From Myxococcota bacterium (GTDB taxonomy: Bacteria > Myxococcota_A > UBA9160 > UBA4427): a stretch of 64,000 nt of DNA. Shown here piece after piece: positions 63,460 to 64,000 of the stretch (its first letter is position 1; each line of letters begins with the position of its first letter). The position numbers were made by a program, and so were the translations under genes. The notes below the pieces were generated by a model. The model saw only the letters and a list, made by a program, of their open reading frames with translations, was not told where the DNA came from and searched no databases. The DNA lies in assembly GCA_041389495.1 (NCBI GenBank), contig JAWKRT010000002.1, positions 1,067,758 to 1,131,757 of the forward strand, given 5' to 3'.

Positions 63460-63478
63460 GTGCAACGCACTGTTGCAC
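63460..63478. promoter_or_regulatory. Perfect inverted repeat GTGCAAC-N5-GTTGCAC (operator/enhancer or leader hairpin)
   Basis: 7-bp perfect arms, read directly. Confidence 0.6.
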
Positions 63479-63501
63479 CCGGCCCTCCCATGTTCCCGAG
63501 G

Positions 63502-63517
63502 AGCAATCGACGTGCCA
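63502..63517 (-). promoter_or_regulatory. sigma54 promoter TGGCACGTCGATTGCT for the amidohydrolase
   Basis: Exact TGGCACG-N4-TTGCW match ~105 nt upstream of GTG 63396. Confidence 0.87.
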
Positions 63518-63686
63518 GCGGCTGCGCGTCGCAACGGGCCGCCTAACGCGCTCCCGCGTGCGCGGACTGCGCGATGCGCGTGTCTCGGCGTCTCGCTGTG
63601 GGGCAGTGCGCTGCGACGACGCGACGCACCGCGCGCGCGCGTGCGCCGCGGCGCACGGGTGAGGTCGCGCTCGCGCCGGCCGGGGA

Positions 63687-63702
63687 TGGCACGCCGTCTG
63701 CA
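63687..63702 (+). promoter_or_regulatory. sigma54 promoter TGGCACGCCGTCTGCA for the P450
   Basis: TGGCACG-N4-CTGCA (1 mismatch), GG-N10-GC spacing intact, 63 nt upstream of ATG 63766. Confidence 0.75.
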
Positions 63703-63765
63703 CACGCATGCGTGCGTCGCAGGAACGCGCTTCGGCGCCGTCCGGGTCAGGAGAGCGAGACAGGC

Positions 63766-64000
63766 ATGGTCGACTACCACCCGTACTCGGACGCCATCAA
63801 GGACGACCCCTACCCGGTGTATCGCCGGATGCGCGACGAGCGGCCCGCCCTCTACCTCGAGGAGTACGACTGCTGGTTCCTGTCGCGGTTCGAGGACATC
63901 TGGTCCGTCAACTCGCGCTACCGCGCGCTCGACTCGTCGCGCGGCACGACGCCCGGCCAGCTGCTGATCGGCACCGAGGCGGTGAACCCGGCGCTCACGT
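63766..64000 (+). CDS. Probable cytochrome P450, 3'-truncated by the window
   Basis: MVDYHPYSDAIKDDPYPVYRRMRDERP...WFLSRFEDI is a typical bacterial P450 N-terminus. The heme motif lies outside the window. Confidence 0.75.
   Translation, partial: MVDYHPYSDAIKDDPYPVYRRMRDERPALYLEEYDCWFLSRFEDIWSVNSRYRALDSSRGTTPGQLLIGTEAVNPALT

Noticed and set aside
1-64000. Dozens of very long alternative-frame and antisense ORFs (e.g. 5138..11578 2146 aa, 44115..49013, 23139..27800, 4935..9284)
   Set aside because: Arg/Ala/Pro-rich translations without motifs that overlap well-supported genes. Expected from stop-codon scarcity at ~75% GC.
1-64000. tRNA, rRNA, IS elements, integrases, intrinsic terminators
   Set aside because: I found no cloverleaf or T-loop in intergenic DNA, no transposase or recombinase motifs, and no hairpin followed by a T-run.

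Overview
Very GC-rich (visually ~75%) bacterial chromosomal segment with ~52 protein-coding genes. I found no rRNA, tRNA, CRISPR array, transposase or phage genes. The organism is a diderm: it has an autotransporter, a probable outer-membrane barrel, c-type cytochromes, a GspE/PilB ATPase and three near-consensus sigma54 promoters. It nevertheless carries an actinobacterial-style catabolic repertoire (F420-type LLM and split-barrel oxidoreductases, 2 P450s, fused ACAD, 3 crotonases, 3 SDRs, 3 SnoaL/NTF2 proteins, sulfotransferase, DUF1214). That combination suggests a Myxococcota/deltaproteobacterial lineage such as UBA9160 (inference only). Most notable: (1) a divergent surface-glycosylation island with a sigma54 promoter on its leftward arm (FAD oxidoreductase-GT2-wecB | deacetylase-GT87-AftB-like GT-C-SDR) that looks like a lipid-linked furanose-sugar pathway outside Actinobacteria; (2) an aldo-keto reductase/Fe-S protein with an internal twin-arginine motif after two TM helices, a candidate dual Sec/Tat substrate; (3) a membrane AAA+ ATPase-MscS pair; (4) an orphan MshEN-GspE ATPase plus HDOD pair; (5) back-to-back sigma54 promoters at the right end; (6) an unannotated 34-aa membrane peptide; (7) TAG as the majority stop codon (32/51, 24 as CTAG); (8) two apparent indels in CG-dinucleotide contexts. 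Many ORF-track entries are GC-driven shadow ORFs or have over-extended starts, so I re-assigned starts from RBS and overlap evidence.
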